A program made the translations under genes and the position numbers. This document shows positions 27,107 through 34,994 of a stretch of 38,531 nt of DNA, one piece after another. Positions within the stretch are counted from its first letter, which is position 1; the number at the start of each line of letters is the position of its first letter. The stretch comes from an uncultured Eubacteriales bacterium (GTDB lineage: Bacteria; Bacillota; Clostridia; TANB77; RGIG9151), in assembly GCA_964478905.1 (NCBI GenBank), contig CAYZJZ010000001.1, positions 8,860 through 47,390 of the forward strand, in the 5' to 3' direction. The notes under the pieces are model-generated. The model worked only from the letters and a program-made list of their open reading frames with translations. It was not told the origin of the DNA and did not search any database.

Positions 27107-28165
27107 TTGATTATAGAAAGTATAAAATTAAAGAATTTTAGAAGCTATAAAGAGAAAGAGTTTTCTCTTTCTCCTACGACAAATGTGTTTTTTGGAAATA
27201 ATGCAGAAGGAAAGACTAATATTTTAGAGGCTGTATATGTTTGTGCTTTGGGGAAGTCCTTTAGAACAAGAAAAGATGCTGAGCTTGTAAAGTTTAATGA
27301 AGAATTTGGCGTTGTGGATATTTCTTTTTCAGATAGAAATAGGAAAAAGAATATAAACTTTATTGTTTCTGCTAAAAGTAAGAAACAAATTAAAGTAAAT
27401 GGAATAAAACAGACTAAAATAAGCGATTTATTGGGAAATTTGTTTGTAATTTTGTTTTTTCCGGATGATATGAATTTTGCAAAAGGTGAACCCGGGGAAA
27501 GAAGAAAAAGTTTTGATTTGTTGATAAGTCAATTAAATCCTGTATATATGCATATTTTACAAGAGTATTATAAAGTTTTGGAACAAAGGAATACTTTATT
27601 GAAGAATAAAGAACGAAGTATTAATTTTGCTGAACTTGATATTTGGGATGAAAAACTTTCAGAGTTAAATATAAAAATAAAAGATATAAGAAATGAGTAT
27701 ATAGAAAAAATAAAACCTCTTTTTTCTAAGTATCATAAAGAAATTGCTAACCAAAAAGAAGATGTTGTAATAAAATATAAAACTCAAGTATCAGGGGATA
27801 GGGAAGATGTAAAAAAATCGCTGGAAGGTAGACGTATCCAGGATTTGAAGCGTGGATTTACTTCGTATGGAATACACAGAGATGATTATATTTTTGAAAT
27901 AAATAATCTTAATTTAGGACTTTTTGGTTCACAAGGGCAAGTTAGAACTGCGATTTTATCGTTAAAGCTTGCTGAAAAAGATTTGTTTTATATAGAAAAA
28001 GGCGAAATGCCGGTATTACTTTTAGATGATGTTATGTCTGAGCTAGATGGATATAGAAGAGAGTATTTATATGAAAAATTAAAAAACTGTCAGGTGCTTA
28101 TAACTTGTACGGATAAGTTAAATGGGAGCGATATAACGTCTTTTGAAATCAAAAAAGAGTGTTAG
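27107..28165 (+). CDS. recF: DNA replication/repair protein RecF
   Basis: 352 aa with a TTG start (RBS AGAGGAG), Walker A GNNAEGKTN, an SMC-like signature (FGSQGQVRT) and Walker B LLLDDV. Confidence 0.95.
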   Translation: MIIESIKLKNFRSYKEKEFSLSPTTNVFFGNNAEGKTNILEAVYVCALGKSFRTRKDAELVKFNEEFGVVDISFSDRNRKKNINFIVSAKSKKQIKVNGIKQTKISDLLGNLFVILFFPDDMNFAKGEPGERRKSFDLLISQLNPVYMHILQEYYKVLEQRNTLLKNKERSINFAELDIWDEKLSELNIKIKDIRNEYIEKIKPLFSKYHKEIANQKEDVVIKYKTQVSGDREDVKKSLEGRRIQDLKRGFTSYGIHRDDYIFEINNLNLGLFGSQGQVRTAILSLKLAEKDLFYIEKGEMPVLLLDDVMSELDGYRREYLYEKLKNCQVLITCTDKLNGSDITSFEIKKEC

Positions 28166-28500
28166 CTAAAGAGGATAAATGCCAGACATAAAAGCATAGT
28201 TTTATTGTCATTATCTTCTTCTTTTTCTGTGAAAAGTATGTATATTAGGAGTACTAACAGAATATCATCAAATCCTATTTTACGTCCTATTAATTTTTCT
28301 ATTGGGTCGAGGAATGTACGCAAAAAAGAGCTGTCTAAAAAGGAAGACTGCTCTTTTTTTGTGCTTTCTTTTGATGGATTTTCACAGTAATCTTCTTTAG
28401 GTGAAGAAGTTTTTTCACTTTGACAATTTGTTTTATTTTGGATTTTCCTTTTTGAGTATGGAAATGCAGAATTGTTGTTGTATCTGCATGAATATGTCAT
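28162..28500 (-). CDS. Hypothetical small protein (112 aa; polar N-half, hydrophobic C-terminal segments)
   Basis: Strong RBS TAAGGAGG 7 nt upstream, immediately after the stop of the preceding ORF. The C-terminus FDDILLVLLIYILFTEKEEDNDNKTMLLCLAFILFS looks like two short membrane segments. Its stop overlaps the recF stop (TTAG, 28162-28165). Confidence 0.55.
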   Translation of the reverse strand: MTYSCRYNNNSAFPYSKRKIQNKTNCQSEKTSSPKEDYCENPSKESTKKEQSSFLDSSFLRTFLDPIEKLIGRKIGFDDILLVLLIYILFTEKEEDNDNKTMLLCLAFILFS

Positions 28501-28512
28501 AAGAAGTCCTCC

Positions 28513-28770
28513 TTATGTTTTTTCTTCTTCGGTTAAGCTATCAAAGAAATGCAATTCGTTTAATAGTTTTAATGTACCTGTAAGTGTAATTATTTTTTCA
28601 CATTGTTCTAATTTCTTTTGCCTTTTGGGATTTAAATAGGGTTTTAGAGAAGTAAGTAAATTTGTTTCGGTTGAATCATTTGAAGATGTTGTATCTGATA
28701 AAAGAGATATTATATCGGTAAGATCATTTGCTATATCGCTGGATACATCTGTGTTTGGTGTGTTTTCCAT
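28513..28770 (-). CDS. Hypothetical small protein (about 85 aa)
   Basis: The track start (GTG 28779) has no RBS. ATG 28770 lies 6 nt after GGCGGTG. The N-half is acidic and Ser/Thr-rich, followed by LLTSLKPYLNPKRQKKLEQCEKIITL. It is the middle gene of a tight three-gene unit. Confidence 0.55.
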   Translation of the reverse strand: MENTPNTDVSSDIANDLTDIISLLSDTTSSNDSTETNLLTSLKPYLNPKRQKKLEQCEKIITLTGTLKLLNELHFFDSLTEEEKT

Positions 28771-28785
28771 AATGTTCACCGCCTG

Positions 28786-29040
28786 TTAAATGTTCTTTAA
28801 TTCTTTTTCAAGTGAATTTGTATCTAACTTTGATAAATCAGTTTTATCTAAGACTTCTTTTAGCTTTTCGGTATCTTTTCCAAGTAATGATTTTACTTTA
28901 TCATTTTCCAACATTTTTTTTAGATCTTCTTTATTTGAATTTTTTATTATATTTTTAGCTTTTTCTAGATTTTGACTTAAATCTTTTTTTGGAAGCTTAG
29001 ATAATACTGCTGAAAGTTTTTTTACCATTTTTTCGTCCAT
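28786..29040 (-). CDS. Hypothetical small Lys/Glu-rich helical protein (84 aa)
   Basis: RBS AAGGAGAG 7 nt upstream. Highly charged, repetitive K/E/L composition. It is the first gene of the three-gene minus-strand unit. Confidence 0.55.
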   Translation of the reverse strand: MDEKMVKKLSAVLSKLPKKDLSQNLEKAKNIIKNSNKEDLKKMLENDKVKSLLGKDTEKLKEVLDKTDLSKLDTNSLEKELKNI

Positions 29041-29139
29041 AAACCATCTCTCCTTTTCGGTTATAGTATATGCATTAAATTAAAAAAATGTGTATTTAAT
29101 GTTAAGTCACAAAATAGCAAAAACGCCATTGTTTTTTTG

Positions 29140-29168
29140 TTGAATATTTAAAATAGTCGTGATAGAAT
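29140..29168 (+). promoter_or_regulatory. Candidate sigma-A promoter (extended -10) for the hydrogenase operon
   Basis: TTGAAT (29140-29145), a 17-nt spacer ending in TGA, then TAGAAT (29163-29168), giving TGaTAGAAT. It lies about 42 nt before the hydC ATG. Confidence 0.55.
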
Positions 29169-29210
29169 AGTTGGTGTTGAGGTAAGAAAAATAAATAGGA
29201 GGAGTGAAAA

Positions 29211-29702
29211 ATGGCTGAAAATAAGTGTTGTTGCTGCGAATTGGACGCAGAAAAAGTAAAAGAATTACAAAGAGTTATTGAAGAACACAAAGATCAGGAG
29301 GGAGCATTAATTCCTGTATTACACATTGCTCAAGAGTTATTTGGATATTTGCCGGAAAAGGTACAACAAATGATAGCTGACGGGTTAGGTCATAGTTTGG
29401 CTGAAGTTTATGGTGTTGCTACTTTTTATTCAAGATTTACATTAGAGCCTAAAGGAAAATATAATATTCAAATATGCTTGGGAACTGCTTGCTATGTAAA
29501 AGGTGCGGATAAGGTATTGGAAAAGTTAGAAAATGTACTTGGAATAAAAGCCGGCGAGACTACTCCTGATGGAAAATTTTCTATACAAGATACCCGTTGT
29601 GTTGGGGCTTGTGGTTTAGCTCCTGTAATGGTTATTAATGAAGAAGTTTATGGAAAAATGACTCCTGATATGGTTGAGGGAATCTTAGCTAAATATGAAT
29701 AA
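29211..29702 (+). CDS. hydC: [FeFe]-hydrogenase subunit HydC (NuoE-like thioredoxin-like [2Fe-2S] protein)
   Basis: 163 aa with NuoE pattern (ALIPVLHIAQ...) and cluster cysteines CLGTAC...CVGACGLAP. RBS is AGGAGGAG. Confidence 0.9.
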   Translation: MAENKCCCCELDAEKVKELQRVIEEHKDQEGALIPVLHIAQELFGYLPEKVQQMIADGLGHSLAEVYGVATFYSRFTLEPKGKYNIQICLGTACYVKGADKVLEKLENVLGIKAGETTPDGKFSIQDTRCVGACGLAPVMVINEEVYGKMTPDMVEGILAKYE

Positions 29703-29721
29703 TTAAGAAAGGAGAAACAAG

Positions 29722-31590
29722 ATGAAAACAAGAGAAGAATTAGAACAAATTCGTAAGAATACTTTTGAACAAGTAAAAATGAGAGTTGGAGAGAAGATTG
29801 ACTCTAATAGAAAAAACATCTTAGTTTGCGGTGGTACAGGTTGTACTTCCTCTAAATCTCCGAAGATTATTGAAGAATTAGAAAGAGAAATAAATGAAAA
29901 ACATTTAGAGAATGAGGTTCAAGTTATAAAAACAGGTTGTTTTGGCCTTTGTGCTAAAGGACCTATTATGATTGTTTATCCGGGCGAAACATTTTATACA
30001 ATGGTTAAGCCGGATGATGTTCCTGAAATTATTGAGGAGCATATTGTAAAGGGAAATGTTGTTGAAAGATTATTAATTAAGGATACAGAGACAGAGCAAC
30101 TTGCACATACATTACATGAACTTGGATTTTATCAGAAGCAAAACAGACTTGCTTTGAGAAATTGTGGAAGAATAAATCCTGAAAACATAGATGAATATTT
30201 AGCTTTTGATGGATATAAGGCTTTAGAGAAAGTTTTAACCGAAATGACTCCTGATGATGTAATTGATACGATGTTAAAATCCGGTTTAAGAGGTCGTGGT
30301 GGAGCAGGTTTCCCAACAGGTAGGAAGTGGGCTTTTGCTGCGAGCCAACCAAAAGGTCAAAAGTATGTTTGTTGTAATGCTGATGAAGGAGATCCGGGAG
30401 CTTTTATGGATAGAAGTGTACTAGAAGGAGATCCACATTCTGTATTGGAAGCTATGGCGATTGCTGGTTATGCCATCGGCTCAAATCAAGGATACATCTA
30501 TGTTAGAGCGGAATATCCTATTGCGGTAAATAGATTAAGAATAGCTATTGAGCAAGCTAAGGAGTATGGCGTTTTAGGAAACAATATTTTTGGAACAGAT
30601 TTTAGTTTTGATATAGATTTAAGACTTGGTGCAGGTGCGTTTGTTTGTGGAGAAGAAACTGCGCTTATGACTTCTATTGAAGGAAAACGTGGAGAGCCAA
30701 GAACAAGACCTCCATTCCCGGCTATTAAAGGATTATTCGGGAAGCCTACAATTTTAAATAACGTAGAAACTTTTGCGAATGTTCCCGAGATTATATTAAA
30801 AGGGGCTGAATGGTTTAGTTCTATCGGAACAGAAAAGAGTACAGGTACTAAGGTTTTTGCTGTTGGCGGAAAAATAAATAATACAGGGCTTGTTGAAGTT
30901 CCTATGGGTATTACTTTAAGAGAGATTGTTTATGATATAGGCGGTGGAATTCCTAACGGAAAGAAGTTTAAAGCTGCTCAAACAGGTGGTCCTAGTGGTG
31001 GATGCATTCCTGCGAGCCATCTAGATACGCCGATAGATTATGATTCATTAATGGCAATTGGTTCTATGATGGGTTCTGGTGGACTTATTGTTATGGATGA
31101 AGACAACTGTATGGTCGATATTGCGAAATTCTTCTTAGAGTTTACTATTAGTGAGTCTTGTGGAAAGTGTCCTCCTTGTAGAATTGGTACAAGAAGAATG
31201 TATGAGATTTTAGATAGAATTACTAAGGGGCAGGGTGAAGAAGGCGATATTGAGAGATTAGAGGAACTTGCTAATAATATTAAGAGTTCTGCTCTTTGTG
31301 GACTTGGCCAAACGGCTCCAAATCCGGTTTTGAGTACTATTAAATATTTTAGAGATGAATATGAGGCTCACATTAAAGAAAAGAGATGTCCGGCAGGTGC
31401 TTGTAAAAAGTTAACAAGCTATGTTATTAACGAAGATAAATGTAAAGGATGTAGCTTATGTGCTAGAAATTGTCCTGTTGGAGCTATTTCAGGGGAGATT
31501 AAGAGTCCATTTAAGATTGATCCGAATAAGTGTATTAAATGTGGAGTATGTATGAGTAAATGTAACTTTAAGGCAATAGAGAAAAAGTAA
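29722..31590 (+). CDS. hydB: [FeFe]-hydrogenase subunit HydB (NuoF-like NADH/FMN-binding subunit with extra Fe-S domains)
   Basis: 622 aa. It has an N-terminal thioredoxin-like 2Fe-2S domain, an FMN/NADH site (GLRGRGGAGFPTGRKW), a NuoF 4Fe-4S motif (ESCGKCPPCRIG) and two C-terminal ferredoxin-type CxxCxxCxxxCP motifs. Confidence 0.93.
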   Translation: MKTREELEQIRKNTFEQVKMRVGEKIDSNRKNILVCGGTGCTSSKSPKIIEELEREINEKHLENEVQVIKTGCFGLCAKGPIMIVYPGETFYTMVKPDDVPEIIEEHIVKGNVVERLLIKDTETEQLAHTLHELGFYQKQNRLALRNCGRINPENIDEYLAFDGYKALEKVLTEMTPDDVIDTMLKSGLRGRGGAGFPTGRKWAFAASQPKGQKYVCCNADEGDPGAFMDRSVLEGDPHSVLEAMAIAGYAIGSNQGYIYVRAEYPIAVNRLRIAIEQAKEYGVLGNNIFGTDFSFDIDLRLGAGAFVCGEETALMTSIEGKRGEPRTRPPFPAIKGLFGKPTILNNVETFANVPEIILKGAEWFSSIGTEKSTGTKVFAVGGKINNTGLVEVPMGITLREIVYDIGGGIPNGKKFKAAQTGGPSGGCIPASHLDTPIDYDSLMAIGSMMGSGGLIVMDEDNCMVDIAKFFLEFTISESCGKCPPCRIGTRRMYEILDRITKGQGEEGDIERLEELANNIKSSALCGLGQTAPNPVLSTIKYFRDEYEAHIKEKRCPAGACKKLTSYVINEDKCKGCSLCARNCPVGAISGEIKSPFKIDPNKCIKCGVCMSKCNFKAIEKK

Positions 31591-31605
31591 AAAGGGGTGA
31601 GATAA

Positions 31606-33339
31606 ATGGGAAAAGTTAATATAACTATTGATGGTGTTAATATACAAGTAGAAGATAATATGACTGTTTTAGAGGCTGCAAGACTTGCAGGAATTGAAAT
31701 TCCGACTTTATGTTTCTTAAAAGATGTTAATCAAATTGGTGCGTGTAGAATTTGTCTTGTAGAGGTTCAAGGTGCTAGAGGACTTCAAGCGTCTTGCTCT
31801 TATCCTGTTTCTGAAGGGTTGGTTGTAAGAACTAATACTAAACAGGTACTAGAAGCCAGAAAAGCTACGTTGGAGTTAATTTTATCTGATCATAAAAAGA
31901 ATTGTTTAAGTTGTTCTAGAAATACTGATTGTGAACTTCAAGCATTAGCTGAAAAGATGGGTGTAGGAGATGTTATATATCAAGGAAACGCAGATGCATC
32001 CAATGATATAGACGATTTATCTACTTCAATTGTTAGGGATAATTCTAAGTGTATTTTATGTAGACGTTGTGTTTCTGTATGTAAAAATGTTCAAACTGTT
32101 GGAGCAATTGATGTTGCTTATAGAGGAATGAACTCGAAAGTAACGCCTGCGTTTGATAAATCTTTAAGAGATAGTAATTGTGTTAATTGTGGACAATGTG
32201 TTGCGGTCTGTCCTGTTGGAGCTTTAACTATTAAGTATGATATAGATAGAGTTTGGGAAGCTATTCATAATCCAGATATGCATGTTGTTGTTCAAACTGC
32301 TCCTGCAGTAAGGGCAGCATTAGGAGAAGAATTTAATATGCCAATTGGTGAAGCGGTTACCGGTAAAATGGCTGCTGCTTTACGAAGACTAGGTTTTGAT
32401 AGAGTATTAGATACTAATACAGGTGCTGACTTTACTATTATGGAAGAAGGAACGGAGTTTATTAATAGACTTACGAATAATGAGAATTTACCTCTTATTA
32501 CTTCTTGTAGTCCCGGATGGGTTAAATTTTTGGAGCATAATTTCCCTGATTTAATTCCTAATTTATCGTCTGCTAAGTCTCCGATGTCTATGTATGGAGC
32601 TTTAATTAAGAGCTACTATGCAAAGGAACAAGGAATTGATCCTGAAAAGATATTTGTTGTTGGTGTTATGCCTTGTACTGCTAAGAAATTTGAATGTGAA
32701 AGACCTGAGTTGGGAGAAGATGGTCATAAAGATGTAGATGCTGTTATTACTACGATTGAGCTTGCTAAAATGATTAAAAAGGCTGGAATTATGTTTGATA
32801 AGTTACCGGAAGAATCTTTTGATGAACCTTTTGGAGAAGCTACTGGTGCTGCTACTATATTTGGTACTACTGGTGGTGTTATGGAGGCTGCTGTTCGTAC
32901 TGTTTCTGAAATTTTAGAGGGTAAGGCTATTGATAAAATTGAGTATGAGGAAGTTAGGGGAAATGAAACTATAAAAGAGGCTGAACTTGAAATCGCAGGA
33001 AAGAAAGTTAAGATTGCGGTTGTAAGTGGACTTGGCAATGCAAGACGTCTTATGGAGAAGGTTAGAAATAAAGAGGTTGATTATCAATTTATTGAAGTTA
33101 TGGCTTGTCCTGGAGGATGTGTAATGGGTGGAGGTCAACCTAGACGTATTCTAAAGGAAAGAGAAGGTATTGATGTTAGAGGTGCTAGAAGAAATGCGCT
33201 TTATAACGAAGATAAGAGACTTCCGCTTAGAAAATCTCATCAAAATCCGTATGTTAAGAAAGTTTATGATGAATTTTTAGAGAAACCGGGAAGTGAAATT
33301 GCGCATCATTTACTTCATACTCATTATCAAGCTAGATAA
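31606..33339 (+). CDS. hydA: [FeFe]-hydrogenase catalytic subunit HydA (group A, multimeric/bifurcating-type architecture)
   Basis: 577 aa. The N-terminal part has a 2Fe-2S ferredoxin fold, a His-ligated cluster motif (HKKNCLSCSRNTDC) and two 4Fe-4S motifs. H-cluster motifs L2 (MPCTAKKFE) and L3 (EVMACPGGCVMGGGQP) are present. L1 reads TSCSPGW rather than TSCCPGW. Confidence 0.93.
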   Translation: MGKVNITIDGVNIQVEDNMTVLEAARLAGIEIPTLCFLKDVNQIGACRICLVEVQGARGLQASCSYPVSEGLVVRTNTKQVLEARKATLELILSDHKKNCLSCSRNTDCELQALAEKMGVGDVIYQGNADASNDIDDLSTSIVRDNSKCILCRRCVSVCKNVQTVGAIDVAYRGMNSKVTPAFDKSLRDSNCVNCGQCVAVCPVGALTIKYDIDRVWEAIHNPDMHVVVQTAPAVRAALGEEFNMPIGEAVTGKMAAALRRLGFDRVLDTNTGADFTIMEEGTEFINRLTNNENLPLITSCSPGWVKFLEHNFPDLIPNLSSAKSPMSMYGALIKSYYAKEQGIDPEKIFVVGVMPCTAKKFECERPELGEDGHKDVDAVITTIELAKMIKKAGIMFDKLPEESFDEPFGEATGAATIFGTTGGVMEAAVRTVSEILEGKAIDKIEYEEVRGNETIKEAELEIAGKKVKIAVVSGLGNARRLMEKVRNKEVDYQFIEVMACPGGCVMGGGQPRRILKEREGIDVRGARRNALYNEDKRLPLRKSHQNPYVKKVYDEFLEKPGSEIAHHLLHTHYQAR

Positions 33340-33360
33340 AAATCAAATCTTGTAATTAAG

Positions 33361-33392
33361 GATACATCCGTGTTTGCGGGTGTATCTTTTTT
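33361..33392 (+). terminator. Intrinsic terminator of the hydrogenase operon
   Basis: 10-bp stem gatacatccg / cgggtgtatc (one G.U pair) with a 6-nt loop, followed by a run of T (33386-33392). Confidence 0.75.
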
Positions 33393-33429
33393 ATTGCCTT
33401 ATTTCATAAACTGTATAAGGGGTGAAAAA

Positions 33430-33681
33430 ATGGGTTGTAATAGATGTGGTTGCTACCGTCGGAATTGTAATTGCGGTTTTAATAATTTTTGTTGCAGAAG
33501 AAATTGTTGCAATTACAGTGGGATTAATAATTGTTGCGGTCCTAATTTTGGACTATGTTATCAAAATAATTGCTGTGGATGTGATAATTTTATTTCTCCT
33601 TTATTATTTTTTGCAATTAGAGATATGACAAGATGTTGTCGCTGTACTTGTGTAGATAGGTATGCAAGATATAGTTGGTAA
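33430..33681 (+). CDS. Cysteine-rich small protein (83 aa, 19 Cys, 13 Asn)
   Basis: ATG 33430 lies 5 nt after AAGGGGTG. The sequence is MGCNRCGCYRRNCNCGFNNFCCRRNCCNYSGINNCCGPNFGLCYQNNCCGCDNF...TRCCRCTCVDRYARYSW. The track start at 33370 lies inside the upstream terminator, so I rejected it. An overlapping hydrophobic ORF in another frame makes the coding frame uncertain. Confidence 0.5.
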   Translation: MGCNRCGCYRRNCNCGFNNFCCRRNCCNYSGINNCCGPNFGLCYQNNCCGCDNFISPLLFFAIRDMTRCCRCTCVDRYARYSW

Positions 33682-33686
33682 AACAA

Positions 33687-33707
33687 AACACAGGATACAC
33701 CTGTGTT
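33687..33707. terminator. Hairpin shared by the Cys-rich gene and a convergent small ORF
   Basis: 8-bp stem aacacagg / cctgtgtt with a 5-nt loop. The T-tail is poor on the plus strand and better on the minus strand (TTGTTTT). Confidence 0.5.
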
Positions 33708-33715
33708 CTAAGGTT

Positions 33716-33811
33716 TTAAATGAATAAAGAAAGCAATAATTTTATCGCGAAATAGAAAAGAGCAAAATATGCTAAATAGAGTAATACCTTTTTTAACGTA
33801 TTTATATTCAT
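33716..33811 (-). CDS. Candidate 31-aa hydrophobic peptide (speculative)
   Basis: My reverse-strand translation gives MNINTLKKVLLYLAYFALFYFAIKLLLSLFI. An extended -10 TGTATAAT lies on the reverse strand at 33853-33846, the hairpin at 33687-33707 with a T-tail lies downstream, and the only RBS is a weak GAAAGG. Confidence 0.25.
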   Translation of the reverse strand: MNINTLKKVLLYLAYFALFYFAIKLLLSLFI

Positions 33812-33910
33812 AATTATCAACGCCTTTCAAAAAAATGCTATAAGTATTATACATTATTTTTCCTAAAAAAGCCATACTAAAATAATAAAAACAAAAGGAA
33901 TGATGTAAAT

Positions 33911-34987
33911 ATGTTTAAATCTATTTTGGTTTCGGGTATAACATCTGTTTTAGTTATTGTTTTTGCTTTAGTAGGAATAGATAATATAGTAAATGAAAAG
34001 AAAAATAATTTAGAATATATTTCTTACGAAAGTAATGATGCTAAAAATATTGAGTATATCAATGAGGAAAATAATTCTGTTGTTTCAACAAGTTCAGTTG
34101 TAGGAATTGCTGTAAAACAAAATTCGGGGAATAAAATTGCGACGACACTTGATAATAGTTGGAGCATAGGAAGCGGATGTATCCTGGATTCTAAAGGTTA
34201 TATAGTTACGAACTATCATGTTATAGGAAATGTAAAAGATGATATATATGTTACTTTATATGGTGGAGAAGTTATAAAGGGAAGATCTGTTTGGTCGAAT
34301 AAAAATTTAGATTTAGCGGTTATAAAAATTGATGTTGCAGGTTTGCCTGCTGCTATAATGGGGGATTCAGATAGTCTTAGAATTGGAGAGAAAGCGATAG
34401 CGATTGGTAATCCTTTAGGTTTTGAATTCCAAGGTACTTTAACTTCAGGAGTTATTAGCGGATTAAATAGAAGTATTGAGGTTGAAGGAAATTATATGGA
34501 AGATTTAATTCAGACTGATGCGAGTATTAATAGTGGTAATAGCGGTGGACCTCTTATGAATGGTAAGGGGGAAGTTATAGGAATTAATACTGTAAAGGTT
34601 GCAAGTGCGGAAGGTATTGGATTTGCTATTCCTGTTAATCAAATAAAACCTATTATTGAGAAAATTAAAGAAAATGGAGAGTTTAAAGAACCTTATTTGG
34701 GTTTATTAGGGTATGATAGAGCTATTACTTCAAGTTTTGCATCTAAAATAATAATTGATACCGGAATATATGTATATGATGTTGAAAATGGAAGTCCGGC
34801 TTATAAGTCCGGAATTGAAAAAGGAGATATAATACTTTCTTTTGATGACTTGAATTTGGATACTTTGTGTAAAATGAGGACAATTTTGTTTTCTAAAGAC
34901 ATAGGTGAAAAGATAAGAGTAAAAATTTTAAGAGACGGTGAAATTAAAGATTTAATAGTTACAGTAGGTAAAAAAAAGGTGGACTAA
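33911..34987 (+). CDS. htrA: HtrA/DegP-family serine protease (trypsin-like domain plus PDZ)
   Basis: 358 aa with an N-terminal TM anchor. The catalytic triad contexts are TNYHVI, DLAVIKI and GNSGGPL. A C-terminal PDZ domain is present (GSPAYKSGIEKGDIILSFD). Confidence 0.93.
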   Translation: MFKSILVSGITSVLVIVFALVGIDNIVNEKKNNLEYISYESNDAKNIEYINEENNSVVSTSSVVGIAVKQNSGNKIATTLDNSWSIGSGCILDSKGYIVTNYHVIGNVKDDIYVTLYGGEVIKGRSVWSNKNLDLAVIKIDVAGLPAAIMGDSDSLRIGEKAIAIGNPLGFEFQGTLTSGVISGLNRSIEVEGNYMEDLIQTDASINSGNSGGPLMNGKGEVIGINTVKVASAEGIGFAIPVNQIKPIIEKIKENGEFKEPYLGLLGYDRAITSSFASKIIIDTGIYVYDVENGSPAYKSGIEKGDIILSFDDLNLDTLCKMRTILFSKDIGEKIRVKILRDGEIKDLIVTVGKKKVD

Positions 34988-34994
34988 AGTCCAC

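Noticed and set aside
29102-29290. 62-aa minus-strand ORF across the hydrogenase promoter and the hydC start
   Set aside because: It overlaps the hydC 5' end and its promoter/RBS and shows no RBS and no recognisable features.
33370-33429. 20-codon N-terminal extension (GTG 33370) of the Cys-rich ORF
   Set aside because: The GTG lies in the loop of the hydA terminator hairpin, and no RBS precedes it. ATG 33430 has AAGGGGTG at proper spacing.
33422-33628. 68-aa Val/Ile-rich ORF (GTG start) overlapping the Cys-rich gene in another frame
   Set aside because: Its GTG start abuts the AAGGGG sequence with no spacer, so the RBS geometry is poor. Its hydrophobic character is an automatic by-product of frame-shifting TGT/TGC-rich DNA. 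I keep it as an alternative in the finding but do not call it as a gene.
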